Source of the DNA: Candidatus Aenigmatarchaeota archaeon
Lineage (GTDB): Archaea; Aenigmatarchaeota; Aenigmatarchaeia; CG10238-14; SCSR01
Assembly (NCBI GenBank): GCA_038998335.1
Contig: JAVZHQ010000001.1
Coordinates: 160,001-224,000, forward strand
Length of the DNA stretch: 64,000 bases
Direction: 5' to 3'
This document shows positions 37,299-47,441 of this stretch, in pieces (position 1 is the first letter of the stretch; each line of letters starts with the position of its first letter). The position numbers and the translations under genes were made by a program. The notes below the pieces were generated by a model, which was not told the DNA's origin, did no database searches, and saw only the letters and a program-made list of their open reading frames with translations.

Positions 37299-37943
37299 AT
37301 GTCGTTAGTCGGAGAGCTCTTCGCAAAAGAGTTTGGTGAGAAAGAAGGAGTATGTTGGCAAAGAGTTATGCAAGTTTTAGCTTCCTATAACTGGAAAAAT
37401 GGGAAATTTGATGTAAGACTTTATCTTAGTGGGCTTAAAGGTATGGAATTAAAAATTCTGTCAGAATATTTAAAATTTCTTCCGAAACTTAGAGTAGTTT
37501 ACAATAAACACAACTATAAAATTTACGATTTGGTTACTAATTCCTTAGATGCTTATAAAAGAATGGAGAAGGAAAAAGAAAGAAAGAAGAAAATCTTACC
37601 GTTTATTATAAAACGTGCTAAAGAATTTTCAAAAGAATTAGTTCAAAACATTGGTTTACTCGAACCTATGATATTTCTTAGAGGGAGCGCTTCACCCAGA
37701 TCCAAAAAAATATTCTGGTATTATGATAGCCCAGAGTTGATTTTTGTTTCGGATGTGGATTTAGAAATAATAGTGCCAGAAGTTAACACCGAAATTATAC
37801 ATTACAGTAGAAATGAAGCATACAATTTCTCTGTAAAAAGTAAGATTCCCATAAATGTATATTTTAAAAGGTTTTCTAATTTAGACGAAGGTTTGGTTAA
37901 ATACGGTTATCCTTTAAGCTTACCTTACAAGTTTTATGGTTGA
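37299..37943 (+). CDS. Protein with C-terminal pol-beta-type (MNT-like) nucleotidyltransferase motifs
   Basis: IFLRGSAS ... SDVDLEII. Confidence 0.6.
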   Translation: MSLVGELFAKEFGEKEGVCWQRVMQVLASYNWKNGKFDVRLYLSGLKGMELKILSEYLKFLPKLRVVYNKHNYKIYDLVTNSLDAYKRMEKEKERKKKILPFIIKRAKEFSKELVQNIGLLEPMIFLRGSASPRSKKIFWYYDSPELIFVSDVDLEIIVPEVNTEIIHYSRNEAYNFSVKSKIPINVYFKRFSNLDEGLVKYGYPLSLPYKFYG

Positions 37944-37944
37944 G

Positions 37945-38018
37945 TGGGCCTGCCGGGATTTGAACCCGGGACCTTCTGGTTAAGAGCCAGCTGCTCTACC
38001 ATGCTGAGCTACAGGCCC
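37945..38018 (-). tRNA. tRNA-Lys(CTT)
   Basis: CTGG-CT-CTT-AA-CCAG; acceptor GGGCCTG/CAGGCCC. Confidence 0.95.
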
Positions 38019-38683
38019 ATGCTTATTCTCTTAATTATTTTGTAAGCTTCGCTTAACTTTTTAACTGAAAAGTCTGGCTTAACTTTTTCTTTTAGCGGAA
38101 CATATTTATGGCTATGTTCTAACCTTTTTATAAATATTGTTTTTATCCCAAGCCTTTTTCCTGTAAGTATTCCTCTGTCAAGCCTGTTATCGATTATTAT
38201 AAAATTTTCTTTTGGTTCTTTCCATTTTTTAAGAATAAACTCAAAAAATTTTGTGTCGCTTTTTATGCATTTTGTATCATCTTGCGATACTATATCGTCA
38301 AAAAACTTTTCAAGCTCAAAATAACCTATCTTCATTTTTATTATAGGTTTTATAGCATCGGAAGCAAGAATAAGCTTATGTTCATCTTTCTTCAATTTAA
38401 GAAGAAATTTTTTCGAACCTTTTATAAGTTTTAAGTATTTTAAGTTTTTAAGATGAGCTTCTTTCCAAGTTTTTCCAAGTTTTAACTCTCTAGAAAAAAT
38501 CCTCCAATCATGCCACTCTTTGGTTCCTTCTAATTTTTCTGCAAACTTGAAAAAAATTTTCTTAGCTTCCTTTAAACTTACTTTATACTTTTTAGAAATT
38601 CTTTTGAAAAAATACTCCAAGACTTTTTCCTCAAAAATGAGATTATCGATTAAAACACCGTCCAAATCAATTATAACTATCAT
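38009..38683 (-). CDS. HAD-family hydrolase
   Basis: IDLDGVL, ASD, KS, DNRLDRG. Confidence 0.85.
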   Translation of the reverse strand: MIVIIDLDGVLIDNLIFEEKVLEYFFKRISKKYKVSLKEAKKIFFKFAEKLEGTKEWHDWRIFSRELKLGKTWKEAHLKNLKYLKLIKGSKKFLLKLKKDEHKLILASDAIKPIIKMKIGYFELEKFFDDIVSQDDTKCIKSDTKFFEFILKKWKEPKENFIIIDNRLDRGILTGKRLGIKTIFIKRLEHSHKYVPLKEKVKPDFSVKKLSEAYKIIKRISMGL

Positions 38684-38737
38684 ATACTCACTTTTAAAAT
38701 TTAAAAACTATGAGAATTAATAAGTTATAGCGAGAAA

Positions 38738-39418
38738 ATGAGCGCATTATTAGAATTACAGCATGTAACTAAAATTTATAAGTTAGATGAGGTTGAAGTA
38801 AAGGCTTTGGATGACATAAACTTAAAAATAGAAAAAAATGAGTTTTTGGCTGTTACTGGTCCAAGTGGCTCTGGGAAATCAACTTTACTTCATATAATGG
38901 GTTGTTTGGACAGACCAACAAAAGGAAGAGTAATTCTTGAAGGAAAGGATGTTTCAAACTTAAGCGATGCAGAACTTGCAAGAATCAGAGGAATGAAAAT
39001 AGGTTTTGTTTTTCAATTCTTTAACTTATATCCAACTTTAACCGCTTTAGAAAACGTTGAGTTGCCTATGGTTATCACGGAAAAAGATAAAAATGAAAGA
39101 AGAAAAAGAGCTCTAGAATTATTGAAAGCTGTTGGGATGGAAAAAAGAGCTAATCATTTGCCTTCTCAACTCTCAGGAGGAGAAAGGCAAAGAGTAGCTA
39201 TAGCAAGAGCTTTGGCTAATAATCCTTCGATAATTCTTGCTGACGAGCCAACAGGAAACTTAGATTCAAAGACAGGGAAAGAAATAATAAATTTATTGGC
39301 TAACCTTCAAAAAGAGGAAGGAAAAACAGTAGTAATTGTTACTCATGAACCAACAATTGCAAGATATGCTGAAAAAATTATTTATCTTAGTGATGGTAAA
39401 ATAATAAGAGGAGGATAA
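38738..39418 (+). CDS. ABC ATPase (LolD/MacB type)
   Basis: [22 protein letters not shown]. Confidence 0.95.
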   Translation: MSALLELQHVTKIYKLDEVEVKALDDINLKIEKNEFLAVTGPSGSGKSTLLHIMGCLDRPTKGRVILEGKDVSNLSDAELARIRGMKIGFVFQFFNLYPTLTALENVELPMVITEKDKNERRKRALELLKAVGMEKRANHLPSQLSGGERQRVAIARALANNPSIILADEPTGNLDSKTGKEIINLLANLQKEEGKTVVIVTHEPTIARYAEKIIYLSDGKIIRGG

Positions 39419-39421
39419 AAG

Positions 39422-40663
39422 ATGAAAAAAATTTTTGCGTTAATCTTAATTTTTATCTTTACTTTTCCAGTTTATCTTACAAAAGCTTTAGTTTCAGAAC
39501 CAATAATTCAAGCAAGCGTTTCCGTTTTTCCTTCTTATATAGCTCCAGGAAACGAAGGTTATGTTCAGCTTGTTTTAAAAAATTCAGGAAGTGGTGTAGC
39601 TAGTGGAATTAAAATTTCACAAGTTTCTTTTGACAAAGCTATAATTCCTTCAGGAAGTTGGGCAGGCGAGCTTAATCCTTTAGGAATTGGTGATTCAGCA
39701 GTTTATTTTTTCAAGTTTAGAGTTTCTGAAAATGCATTGCCTGGCTTGTATACTATAACTTTCTACATCGATTACAACACAGATTCTACGACAAAAACAA
39801 TAAAACAAATTGCTATAGTAAACGTTCAGTCTACTTCTACCATAGAAATTGCTTCTATCGAGCCTTCTACTTTAAAAGCAGGAGAAAAAATTGAGATGAA
39901 ATTCATTTTAGTAAACAAAGGAAACAACTCGATAAATAACATAATCTTTACTTGGAGCAGTCAAGGAAATGTTATTTTGCCCTTAGGTTCGGGAAACAGG
40001 ATTTTTATCCCGAGGATAGAAGGAAACTCAAACTACGAAATTAAAACAGAGGTTTCTGTAAGTCCAAGTGTTACACCAGGGATTTATCCTTTAAACATTC
40101 TGCTCCAATACACAGATAAAACAGGAGTGAATCAAACAGTAAGTTTAGTAGCAGGAATTGAAGTAAGTGGTGAAACAGATTTTGACGTTAGTATAGAAGA
40201 ATTCACTTCAACTTCTTTAACTTTAGCTGTAGCAAATACAGGAGCCTATACTGCTTATTCGGTTATAGTTAGAGTTCCTCCACAAGAAGGCTTAAGAGTA
40301 ACAGGAAGCTCTACAAGCATGCTAGGCAATTTAAATGCAGGTGACTACACACTTGCAACTTTTCAAGTTTCTCTTCCAAATTTTACTGCTAATTTTAGTA
40401 GAAATTTTACAAGGAATATAACTCAACCAAAAGTTTTGGTTGAAATTTCTTACACAGACGCTTTAGGAATAAGAAGGTCTGTTGAAAAAGAAGTAGAAAT
40501 AAGTTTTTTTGGAGTTACTGGGACTGCAAGAGTTTTACTTACAAGAACTCAGCAAGGAATTTTAACTCCTGGAATTATTTATATTGCAGTTGGTGTTGTA
40601 GGAATAGTTTTGGTTGTAGCCATAGTTAAGTTGAGAAAAAGAATACAAAGGAAGAGGGAATGA
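39422..40663 (+). CDS. COG1361-like S-layer/Ig-domain membrane-anchored protein
   Basis: Signal peptide, repeated L.N.G...A / PG.Y beta modules, C-terminal TM; typical ABC context. Confidence 0.8.
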   Translation: MKKIFALILIFIFTFPVYLTKALVSEPIIQASVSVFPSYIAPGNEGYVQLVLKNSGSGVASGIKISQVSFDKAIIPSGSWAGELNPLGIGDSAVYFFKFRVSENALPGLYTITFYIDYNTDSTTKTIKQIAIVNVQSTSTIEIASIEPSTLKAGEKIEMKFILVNKGNNSINNIIFTWSSQGNVILPLGSGNRIFIPRIEGNSNYEIKTEVSVSPSVTPGIYPLNILLQYTDKTGVNQTVSLVAGIEVSGETDFDVSIEEFTSTSLTLAVANTGAYTAYSVIVRVPPQEGLRVTGSSTSMLGNLNAGDYTLATFQVSLPNFTANFSRNFTRNITQPKVLVEISYTDALGIRRSVEKEVEISFFGVTGTARVLLTRTQQGILTPGIIYIAVGVVGIVLVVAIVKLRKRIQRKRE

Positions 40664-41928
40664 AACTTAGCGATATAATAAAACTTTCGATAAGTAATCT
40701 TTCTCAAAGAGGGTTGAGAAGCTGGTTAACTGTTTTGGGAATAGTTATAGGTGTTGCTGCAGTTATTGCTATTCTTTCAATTGGAGCGGGAATGCAACAA
40801 ACTATATCTTTTCAATTAAGTGGTTTGGGTGCTGACATAATCACCATTTCTCCTGGTTTTGCAAGAGCTTTTACTGTTGCTTTTCAGAGAGTTGGGCAAC
40901 AACCAATAATAGAAAGAGCTCAAGTTTCAACATACTTTACAGAAAAAGATGTACAAGCAATAAAGTCAGTAGAAGGAATAGTTGCTGTAAATAAAGTGAT
41001 TTATGGAAGAGCTAACGTTACTTACTTAGCTCAAAGTGCTTCCATTTCAGTTTATGGTGTTGAACCTTTAGCTTGGAAGGAAATATTGCCTGTTGAGATT
41101 GAAGAAGGAAGGTATTTAATGCCTGGAGATAGCGATGCTATAGTTGTTGGTAATAGAGTGGCAAACCAAATGTTCAAAAAACCCTTAGGAATAAACACTC
41201 AACTAACAATAAACGGAAAGCCTTTTAAAATAGTTGGAATTCTAAAAGAATCAGGAGGAATAGCAGGAATAATAGGAATAGACAACTTAATCTTTATGCC
41301 ATTGAGTTCAGCAAGATCTGTTTTAGGTTTTGAGGCAAACAAATACTCTTCACTTCAAGTTAAAGTTAGCGACCCTGCTTTGGTTGATTATGCTGTTAGT
41401 GAAATAGAAGAAAAATTGATGCTTTCTCGGCATGTGACAGAAGAAACAAAAGATTTTACAATTACTTCAACAAAAACAATACAAGAGACAGTTTTAAACG
41501 TAATGAACACAATAAACTTGTTTCTTGCAGGGATAGCAGGAGTTTCTTTGTTGGTTGGAGCAATAGGAATAGCCAATACAATGTTCATGAGTGTTATGGA
41601 AAGAACAAGACAAATTGGAACTTTAAAAGCTATAGGAGCAACTAACTTTGAAGTTATGGAAATATTTTTGTTTGAATCTGCTTTTATTGGTTTGTTGGGT
41701 GGTTTGATAGGAATTTTTCTAGGTTTTATTGCTTCTGGGTTAATTTCTGAGTTGGGAATAAGGTTTTTAGCAGTAGGAGCGCGTGCTCAAGCAAGCTTAA
41801 CAGTAATAACTCCTGAGCTAATTTTATTTGGTTTAGCTTTTTCAACTTTTATAGGAATCTTAGCTGGAATTCTGCCTGCAAGAAGAGCAGCTCACTTACA
41901 ACCTGTAGAAGCTTTAAGGTACGAATGA
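40660..41928 (+). CDS. ABC permease (MacB/FtsX type)
   Basis: RSWLTVLGIVIGV, GIANTM..SVMERTRQIG, PARRAA.L.PVEALRYE. Confidence 0.94.
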   Translation: MKLSDIIKLSISNLSQRGLRSWLTVLGIVIGVAAVIAILSIGAGMQQTISFQLSGLGADIITISPGFARAFTVAFQRVGQQPIIERAQVSTYFTEKDVQAIKSVEGIVAVNKVIYGRANVTYLAQSASISVYGVEPLAWKEILPVEIEEGRYLMPGDSDAIVVGNRVANQMFKKPLGINTQLTINGKPFKIVGILKESGGIAGIIGIDNLIFMPLSSARSVLGFEANKYSSLQVKVSDPALVDYAVSEIEEKLMLSRHVTEETKDFTITSTKTIQETVLNVMNTINLFLAGIAGVSLLVGAIGIANTMFMSVMERTRQIGTLKAIGATNFEVMEIFLFESAFIGLLGGLIGIFLGFIASGLISELGIRFLAVGARAQASLTVITPELILFGLAFSTFIGILAGILPARRAAHLQPVEALRYE

Positions 41929-41939
41929 TTAGCAAGAGA

Positions 41940-42013
41940 TGGGTCCGGAGGGATTTGAACCCTCGACCAACGGGTTAAAAGCCCGCTGCTCTACCATGCT
42001 GAGCTACGGACCC
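41940..42013 (-). tRNA. tRNA-Lys(TTT)
   Basis: CGGG-CT-TTT-AA-CCCG. Confidence 0.95.
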
Positions 42014-42037
42014 ATATTAAAAATTTTTAATCAGAAA

Positions 42038-42223
42038 TTATTTTTTTCTTTCCCTTCTTAAGTTATGAGTTTGCCAAGCATATTTTCTTATTTTTGAGCT
42101 TTTTCCATAGCCACAAGCAGCACAAACTTTTGTTTTAACATTATAGCTATGCCTCCCACATCTTCTACATCTTACATGAACTATTTTTCTTCTTTTACCC
42201 ATGGAGGGGGTTCCTTTTACCAT
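42038..42223 (-). CDS. rpl37e: 50S ribosomal protein L37e
   Basis: [11 protein letters not shown]...CRRCGRHSY...CAACGYG. Confidence 0.96.
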   Translation of the reverse strand: MVKGTPSMGKRRKIVHVRCRRCGRHSYNVKTKVCAACGYGKSSKIRKYAWQTHNLRRERKK

Positions 42224-42284
42224 AAAAATCACTAGGCAACTCTTATTATTTATATGGACTTTTCTTAATTTTAATATAGAAAGA

Positions 42285-44591
42285 ATGAGAATAAGAGTAT
42301 TTAAATTTGTTTTTCCACTTATAATACTTTTTCTTGCAATTTCGATAGCAAAAGCTCTTGAGTATTCTTCCGCTTCTGTAAATTCTACCATAGCAGGGAA
42401 ACCAGCAGAATTTAAAGTTAAATGGTACGATCCTTCAGGTTTATCTGGTTATATTTTTTCTTTAGACAATTGTCAAGGTAGCTTTGTTAATGATAGTTTT
42501 GTTGTTCTTTCCCAAACAAAAACCTTTAACGTTTCTAGTTTAAGTGTAATTTTTGGTAATAACTTAACCTCAGACTTAAGTGCTTTAAACACACTAGGCG
42601 AAGGTTTAACTTATGACGTAGAAGAAAGCGAAACAAGTAAAGAAGAAAGACAAGAAATTTTAAAGGGGCCTTCTTATTACCTTATCACTTTAAACCCATG
42701 GACAAACCCTGAAAACGCTTTTTCTTCAGACAATTTATACGCTTACACTTCACAAAGTGGTAGTTTTCAGGATTATGGCTATAACCTTTCAATTCCTCAA
42801 GACGCAAAAATTATTTCTGTTTTTATTGGTTTCGAGGCTTATGCTTCTGGTAATGAAAGGTTAGAAATTAGTATTTCTTATGACGGTGGAAATACTTATT
42901 TAGGATATACCTTTGATTTACCTTCACAAGACCAAAACCAAACTGTATGGGTAAATTTCACTAACGCTACAGATTGGACTCCAGAAAAACTAAACGATAC
43001 AAATTTCAGAGTAAGGATAAGAAGTGTAAAAGTAGGTGCTATGCAACCAATCTATGTTGACTATCTTCCTATAAATATAACTTACTCTCTTCCACCAAAG
43101 TATCAGCTAGAAGTTTGGCATGACTCTTTACCAATAAGCTATGAAGGAATTTTAACTTCTATTTCCATAATTTTAAACTTTACTTCCACAGAAACAAAAT
43201 ACTATGATTTTGAGGCTTATAATTGGGTTTCAAGTTCATGGGTTAAAGAAGGTTGTGATTCTGGTTTAGTGTTTGCAAATTCGTCAACGATTTGGTATTG
43301 TAATTTTTCTTCTAATGTTATGAACTTTATTTCTCCTTCAGGTGGGATAAGAGTAAGGTTAAAATCTGAAGAAAGCGAGGAAAAAGCTGTTTTAAAAGAA
43401 GATTATCTTAAATTCTCTATTAGTTTTGCTCCTACAGAATCTTGGAGCACTACCACAAAAACCTTAAGCTCTACAGTAAGTTGTAAAGTTAGATGGTTAG
43501 TTTATGCAAACAATACTTTAAATGAATGGAGTAAAACTGAAATTTTCGAGTTTTTAACGGCTCAGGAAGCTTTTTGTGGAAATAACGTATGTGATTCAGG
43601 AGAAACTTGTTCTAATTGTTTGCAAGATTGTCCTTGTCCAGGCTCAACAGGATGTTGTGGAAATTCTTGCGGTTGTGAAGAAGGACAAGTTTGTGAGAAT
43701 AATGTTTGTGTAGCTTCAGCTCCTCAACCTCCTCCACCAGCTTTACCACCTTCAATTCCTGTATGTAACCCAAAAACTGATTTGAATTGTTGCATTCAAA
43801 CCTATCCTCAAGGATGTTGCGATTGCCCAAGTTTTGGTTACGTTAACTGTAGCATTTCACCTTTTAATCAAACTTTTGAGGATTGTAAAGAGTTGTGTAT
43901 GAATTTATGCCCAGGAGGATGTTCTGTTTTCTCTAATTCTTCTTCATGTTTAAACGCTGGTTGTTACTGGTGTAACGGAATTTGCCAGCAATTTGCTTGT
44001 GCAAGAGATTGTTCTGTTTTTCTTAGTCCCTCCTTATGTTTAAACGCTGGGTGTGAATGGTGCGATTCAGAATGCAAAGAGCTTTGCTTGCTTAACTGGA
44101 GTTTCGTCCTTCCTTTGAGGATAGAAACTTTTGTTGATTATGAAGTTGAAGTAACAATAAAAATCAAAAACGAAGGAGAAAAAAGTTTTAACAACGTAAA
44201 AATTCAATTAGTAAACATCTCACCTGATTTTGAGTACAAAATCTTACCAGAGTTTTACCCAAAAATTTTACCAGGAGAAACAAAAAGTTTTGTTTTAAAC
44301 ATCAAACCTAAAAAAGTTGGAAGTTATATAATAATTATAAATGTAAGCTCAGATGAGGCTTTTCACTTAGCTTATGTTGGCCTATCTTCTCAACAAGCTC
44401 CAGCTAAAAAGGAGCTTATAACTATGACTGCTTTGCTTTGGTTAGCAGTTGCTGTAATAATTGTTTTTATCATAGTTTCTTACAAGTTGTACATTAGAGA
44501 AAAAATTAAAGTTGAAGAAAAGATTCCAATCAAAAAAGTCGAAAAAGTGAAGAAAGTTAAAAAAGTTGAGAGAAAACGCAAGAAAAGATAG
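42285..44591 (+). CDS. Large Cys-rich membrane-anchored surface protein
   Basis: Signal peptide, [19 protein letters not shown], poly-Pro linker, two CSVF....CLNAGC.WC repeats, CARDB-like domain, TM and basic tail. Confidence 0.8.
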   Translation: MRIRVFKFVFPLIILFLAISIAKALEYSSASVNSTIAGKPAEFKVKWYDPSGLSGYIFSLDNCQGSFVNDSFVVLSQTKTFNVSSLSVIFGNNLTSDLSALNTLGEGLTYDVEESETSKEERQEILKGPSYYLITLNPWTNPENAFSSDNLYAYTSQSGSFQDYGYNLSIPQDAKIISVFIGFEAYASGNERLEISISYDGGNTYLGYTFDLPSQDQNQTVWVNFTNATDWTPEKLNDTNFRVRIRSVKVGAMQPIYVDYLPINITYSLPPKYQLEVWHDSLPISYEGILTSISIILNFTSTETKYYDFEAYNWVSSSWVKEGCDSGLVFANSSTIWYCNFSSNVMNFISPSGGIRVRLKSEESEEKAVLKEDYLKFSISFAPTESWSTTTKTLSSTVSCKVRWLVYANNTLNEWSKTEIFEFLTAQEAFCGNNVCDSGETCSNCLQDCPCPGSTGCCGNSCGCEEGQVCENNVCVASAPQPPPPALPPSIPVCNPKTDLNCCIQTYPQGCCDCPSFGYVNCSISPFNQTFEDCKELCMNLCPGGCSVFSNSSSCLNAGCYWCNGICQQFACARDCSVFLSPSLCLNAGCEWCDSECKELCLLNWSFVLPLRIETFVDYEVEVTIKIKNEGEKSFNNVKIQLVNISPDFEYKILPEFYPKILPGETKSFVLNIKPKKVGSYIIIINVSSDEAFHLAYVGLSSQQAPAKKELITMTALLWLAVAVIIVFIIVSYKLYIREKIKVEEKIPIKKVEKVKKVKKVERKRKKR

Positions 44592-44593
44592 TT

Positions 44594-44818
44594 TTAAACT
44601 TGCACAGGAGAAGCATAAACTATTGTATCTCCCCTGACTAATATTGTACCAAGTTTAATCTTGTTATCGTTTCTCTGAATCTCTGCTTCTTCCAACCAAA
44701 GGTTTAAATGTAAATCTAGAGCTTTCAGGACTCCTGTAATTTCCTCGCCGTTTTTCAACTTAACGAAAACTTTCTTTCCTTTTGCTTTATCTAAAGCATC
44801 TATCGGTCTTTCTGTCAT
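44594..44818 (-). CDS. Sm-like archaeal protein (SmAP1/Lsm)
   Basis: ERPIDAL, LKNG, D.HLNL.L, VRGDTI. Confidence 0.94.
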   Translation of the reverse strand: MTERPIDALDKAKGKKVFVKLKNGEEITGVLKALDLHLNLWLEEAEIQRNDNKIKLGTILVRGDTIVYASPVQV

Positions 44819-44878
44819 TTCTTTTCACTATTTAATTCAATAAGAAAATATATAAACATTAATTATATTAAAGTTATT

Positions 44879-46381
44879 GTGAAAAAACTTAAAATTACTG
44901 AGTCTATTTGTCCAGAAAATCCTTTTGAGAAGTTATCTGCAGAGCTTTTTGTCGATGATTTTAACAGAGTGATGATAAGAAAAAATTGTTTAAGCCATGG
45001 AAGTTTTGATGACGTTTACTGGTCAGATTTTGCTCAGTTTGAAAGAGCCGAAAGGTTTAGAGATTTGGGAGATGGTGTAGCTTTACCAAGGAAAATTGAG
45101 AAAGGTTGTCCTTATGATTGTGGTTTGTGCGAGAATCATAGATCAAGAACAACTTTACTGATAATTGATGTTACTAATAGATGCAACTTAACTTGTCCTG
45201 TATGTTTTGCTTATGCTGGAGCAAAGGGTTATGTTTACGAACCGAGCAAAGAACAAATAGAAAAAATTTTGGAATATGCGCAAGAAGTAAACTATCCAGT
45301 AAAGGTTAGAGCACTTCAATTTAGCGGAGGCGAACCAACAGTAAGGGAAGATTTGCCTGAGTTAATAAAATTAGCCAAACAAAAAGGTTATAAGCATGTT
45401 GAAGTCAACACTAATGGAATTGTGATAGCAAAGAAAGGAGCAGCATACATAAAAGAACTTAAAAAAGCTGGCATGAGCACTTTTTACTTACAATTTGACG
45501 GTTTAAAGCCTGAAATATACGAGAAAACAAGAGGTCTCAACTTGCTTCCGATAAAACAAAAAGTTATAGAAAGTGCAAGGGAAGCAGGTTTAGATAGTGT
45601 AGTTCTGGTTATGACTTTAGTTGGCGGAGTAAATGAAGATCAACTTGGAGAAATTATAAGATATGGAGCAAAGAATTCTGACGTTGTGAGATGCATAAAC
45701 GTTCAGCCTGTTAGTATTACTGGAAGAATAGAAAAAAATGAAAGAGAAAGAATGAGGATAACTCTTTCTGATTTCACTAGGCTATGCGAAGAACAAACTT
45801 ATGGGCAAGTTAAAAGGGAAGACTTTTATCCTGTGCCTACGATAAACATCCTTGGAAAAATTTTGAACTATTATTTAAAGGGAGGAGAAAGGTATTATCC
45901 AGAGTTTACTGCCCATCCTCATTGTGGCTTAGCAACTTTTGTTTTCACAAAAGGGGAAAAAGTAATTCCCATAACGCATTACATAGACATAGACAAGCTT
46001 TATTCTGAATTAAAAGAAAACCTTGAAAAAATAGAGAGAACAAAAGAAATTCCAAGTAAGCTTAAGCTATTTTATACTTTTCTTAAAAACGCGAAAATAA
46101 AATTCTTTTCAAAATTGCCAAAGCTTTATCCTTTATTAAAAAGTGGAAGCTATGAAGCTTCTGGGAAATTCATGAGGAGCTTGCTAATGATAGGAGGGAT
46201 GCACTTTATGGATCCTTACAACTTTGATTTAGAAAGAGTTCAAAGCTGTTGCATTCATTATGGTGTGCCTGATAAAAAGGAAAAAGCTAGGTTAGTACCT
46301 TTTTGCACTATGAATTCTATTCACAGAGAGGCTATAGAGAAAGAGTTTTCAATACCTTTAGAGAAATATAAAACAATATAA
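44879..46381 (+). CDS. tes: Radical SAM enzyme, tetraether lipid synthase (Tes/GDGT-MAS, MJ0619 family)
   Basis: CPYDCGLC, CNLTCPVC, SGGEPT, YLQFDG, HPHCG, MHFMDPYNFDLERV..CCIHY, PFC. Confidence 0.82.
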   Translation: MKKLKITESICPENPFEKLSAELFVDDFNRVMIRKNCLSHGSFDDVYWSDFAQFERAERFRDLGDGVALPRKIEKGCPYDCGLCENHRSRTTLLIIDVTNRCNLTCPVCFAYAGAKGYVYEPSKEQIEKILEYAQEVNYPVKVRALQFSGGEPTVREDLPELIKLAKQKGYKHVEVNTNGIVIAKKGAAYIKELKKAGMSTFYLQFDGLKPEIYEKTRGLNLLPIKQKVIESAREAGLDSVVLVMTLVGGVNEDQLGEIIRYGAKNSDVVRCINVQPVSITGRIEKNERERMRITLSDFTRLCEEQTYGQVKREDFYPVPTINILGKILNYYLKGGERYYPEFTAHPHCGLATFVFTKGEKVIPITHYIDIDKLYSELKENLEKIERTKEIPSKLKLFYTFLKNAKIKFFSKLPKLYPLLKSGSYEASGKFMRSLLMIGGMHFMDPYNFDLERVQSCCIHYGVPDKKEKARLVPFCTMNSIHREAIEKEFSIPLEKYKTI

Positions 46382-46413
46382 GTTTATTTGACAAAAGGAT
46401 TTAAGTGGTATTT

Positions 46414-46800
46414 ATGGCACTTTGGCATGGAGAAAGAGGAAGAAAACCTACAGGAGGGCTAATTAAAGTAGCTAGAAAAAAGAAGAAGTATGAGCTTGGA
46501 AGCTTACCTACTTTTACAAAAGTAGGAAAAGAAAAAAGGGAAAAAGAAAGAGTGAGAGGAGGGGGAATAAAAATAAGAGCTTTTTCTGTAGAATTTGCTA
46601 ACGTTTTTGACCCTAAAACAAAAACTGCGAAAAAGGTTAAGATTTTAGACGTTCTGGAAAATAAGGCAAACCCACACTTTGTAAGAAGAGGTATAATCAC
46701 TAAGGGTTGTGTAATTAAAACTGAAATAGGAAAAGCAAAAGTTACTTCTCGGCCAAGTCAAGATGGAATAGTTAATGCTATACTGCTGGAAGAAGGATAG
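46414..46800 (+). CDS. rps8e: 30S ribosomal protein S8e
   Basis: RKPTGG, RVRGG, IITKG, TSRPSQDG. Confidence 0.96.
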   Translation: MALWHGERGRKPTGGLIKVARKKKKYELGSLPTFTKVGKEKREKERVRGGGIKIRAFSVEFANVFDPKTKTAKKVKILDVLENKANPHFVRRGIITKGCVIKTEIGKAKVTSRPSQDGIVNAILLEEG

Positions 46801-46831
46801 TTATTTATTTATTTGAAATTTAATCTTAATT

Positions 46832-47410
46832 ATGCCTTTTGGTCTTATCGAAAGATTAAGAAGGAAAGATAGTTCGGAAGAGTTTTCTAAGATTGAGAAA
46901 ACTGAATATAAGTCAACACTTAACAATTTGTTAAATGAATTATATACTACAGTAAAAAATTGGAAAAAGGAAATAAGCGAAAGGGGTTACATTCCTTCTC
47001 AACAAGAAAAAATATACTTGCAAGATTTGATGACAACTACCCGTAAAGCTTCTCGAGTTGCTTTTAATCTAGGCGATCAAAAGCTTCAAGATTTGCTATT
47101 AAGCCTTTATGTGAATCTTAAACAACTACCTTCTGCTAAGCATGTTGAGACTGTAAAAGAGATAGAAAAGGCTGTTGAAAAAATAATGGAACATTACAAG
47201 AAAAAACATAAAATAGAAGAAGAAAAACTAAAGAGCGAGATTCCGGGAATGTTTGTAGTTTTGCTCATTTCTTTTCTTTTGTTCTTATTTGTTTCTTACG
47301 GAAGTTTTTCCTCAGGATATTTTGTTAAATCTTCTGATTTGATTTCAATTTCTTTGGTTTTTTCTTTTCTTCTTGCTTTTTCTGTGATTTTACTTTTAAG
47401 AAATTTATGA
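46832..47410 (+). CDS. Hypothetical protein with two C-terminal TM helices
   Basis: Helical N-terminus, SGY-containing TM hairpin. Confidence 0.65.
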   Translation: MPFGLIERLRRKDSSEEFSKIEKTEYKSTLNNLLNELYTTVKNWKKEISERGYIPSQQEKIYLQDLMTTTRKASRVAFNLGDQKLQDLLLSLYVNLKQLPSAKHVETVKEIEKAVEKIMEHYKKKHKIEEEKLKSEIPGMFVVLLISFLLFLFVSYGSFSSGYFVKSSDLISISLVFSFLLAFSVILLLRNL

Positions 47411-47420
47411 ATTTTTTAGA

Positions 47421-47436
47421 TGTTAGACGTCTAACA
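47421..47436. repeat. 16-bp perfect palindrome TGTTAGACGTCTAACA, copy 2
   Basis: Exact; between convergent stop codons. Confidence 0.95.
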
Positions 47437-47441
47437 AGAAA

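Noticed and set aside
42224-42391. N-terminal extension of L37e in the ORF track
   Set aside because: The family starts at MVKGTPS (42223); the extension overlaps the divergent gene
43919-44062. Two similar ~55-bp segments as a DGR template/variable repeat pair
   Set aside because: In-frame Cys-rich protein repeats; differences are not restricted to adenines and no reverse transcriptase is present
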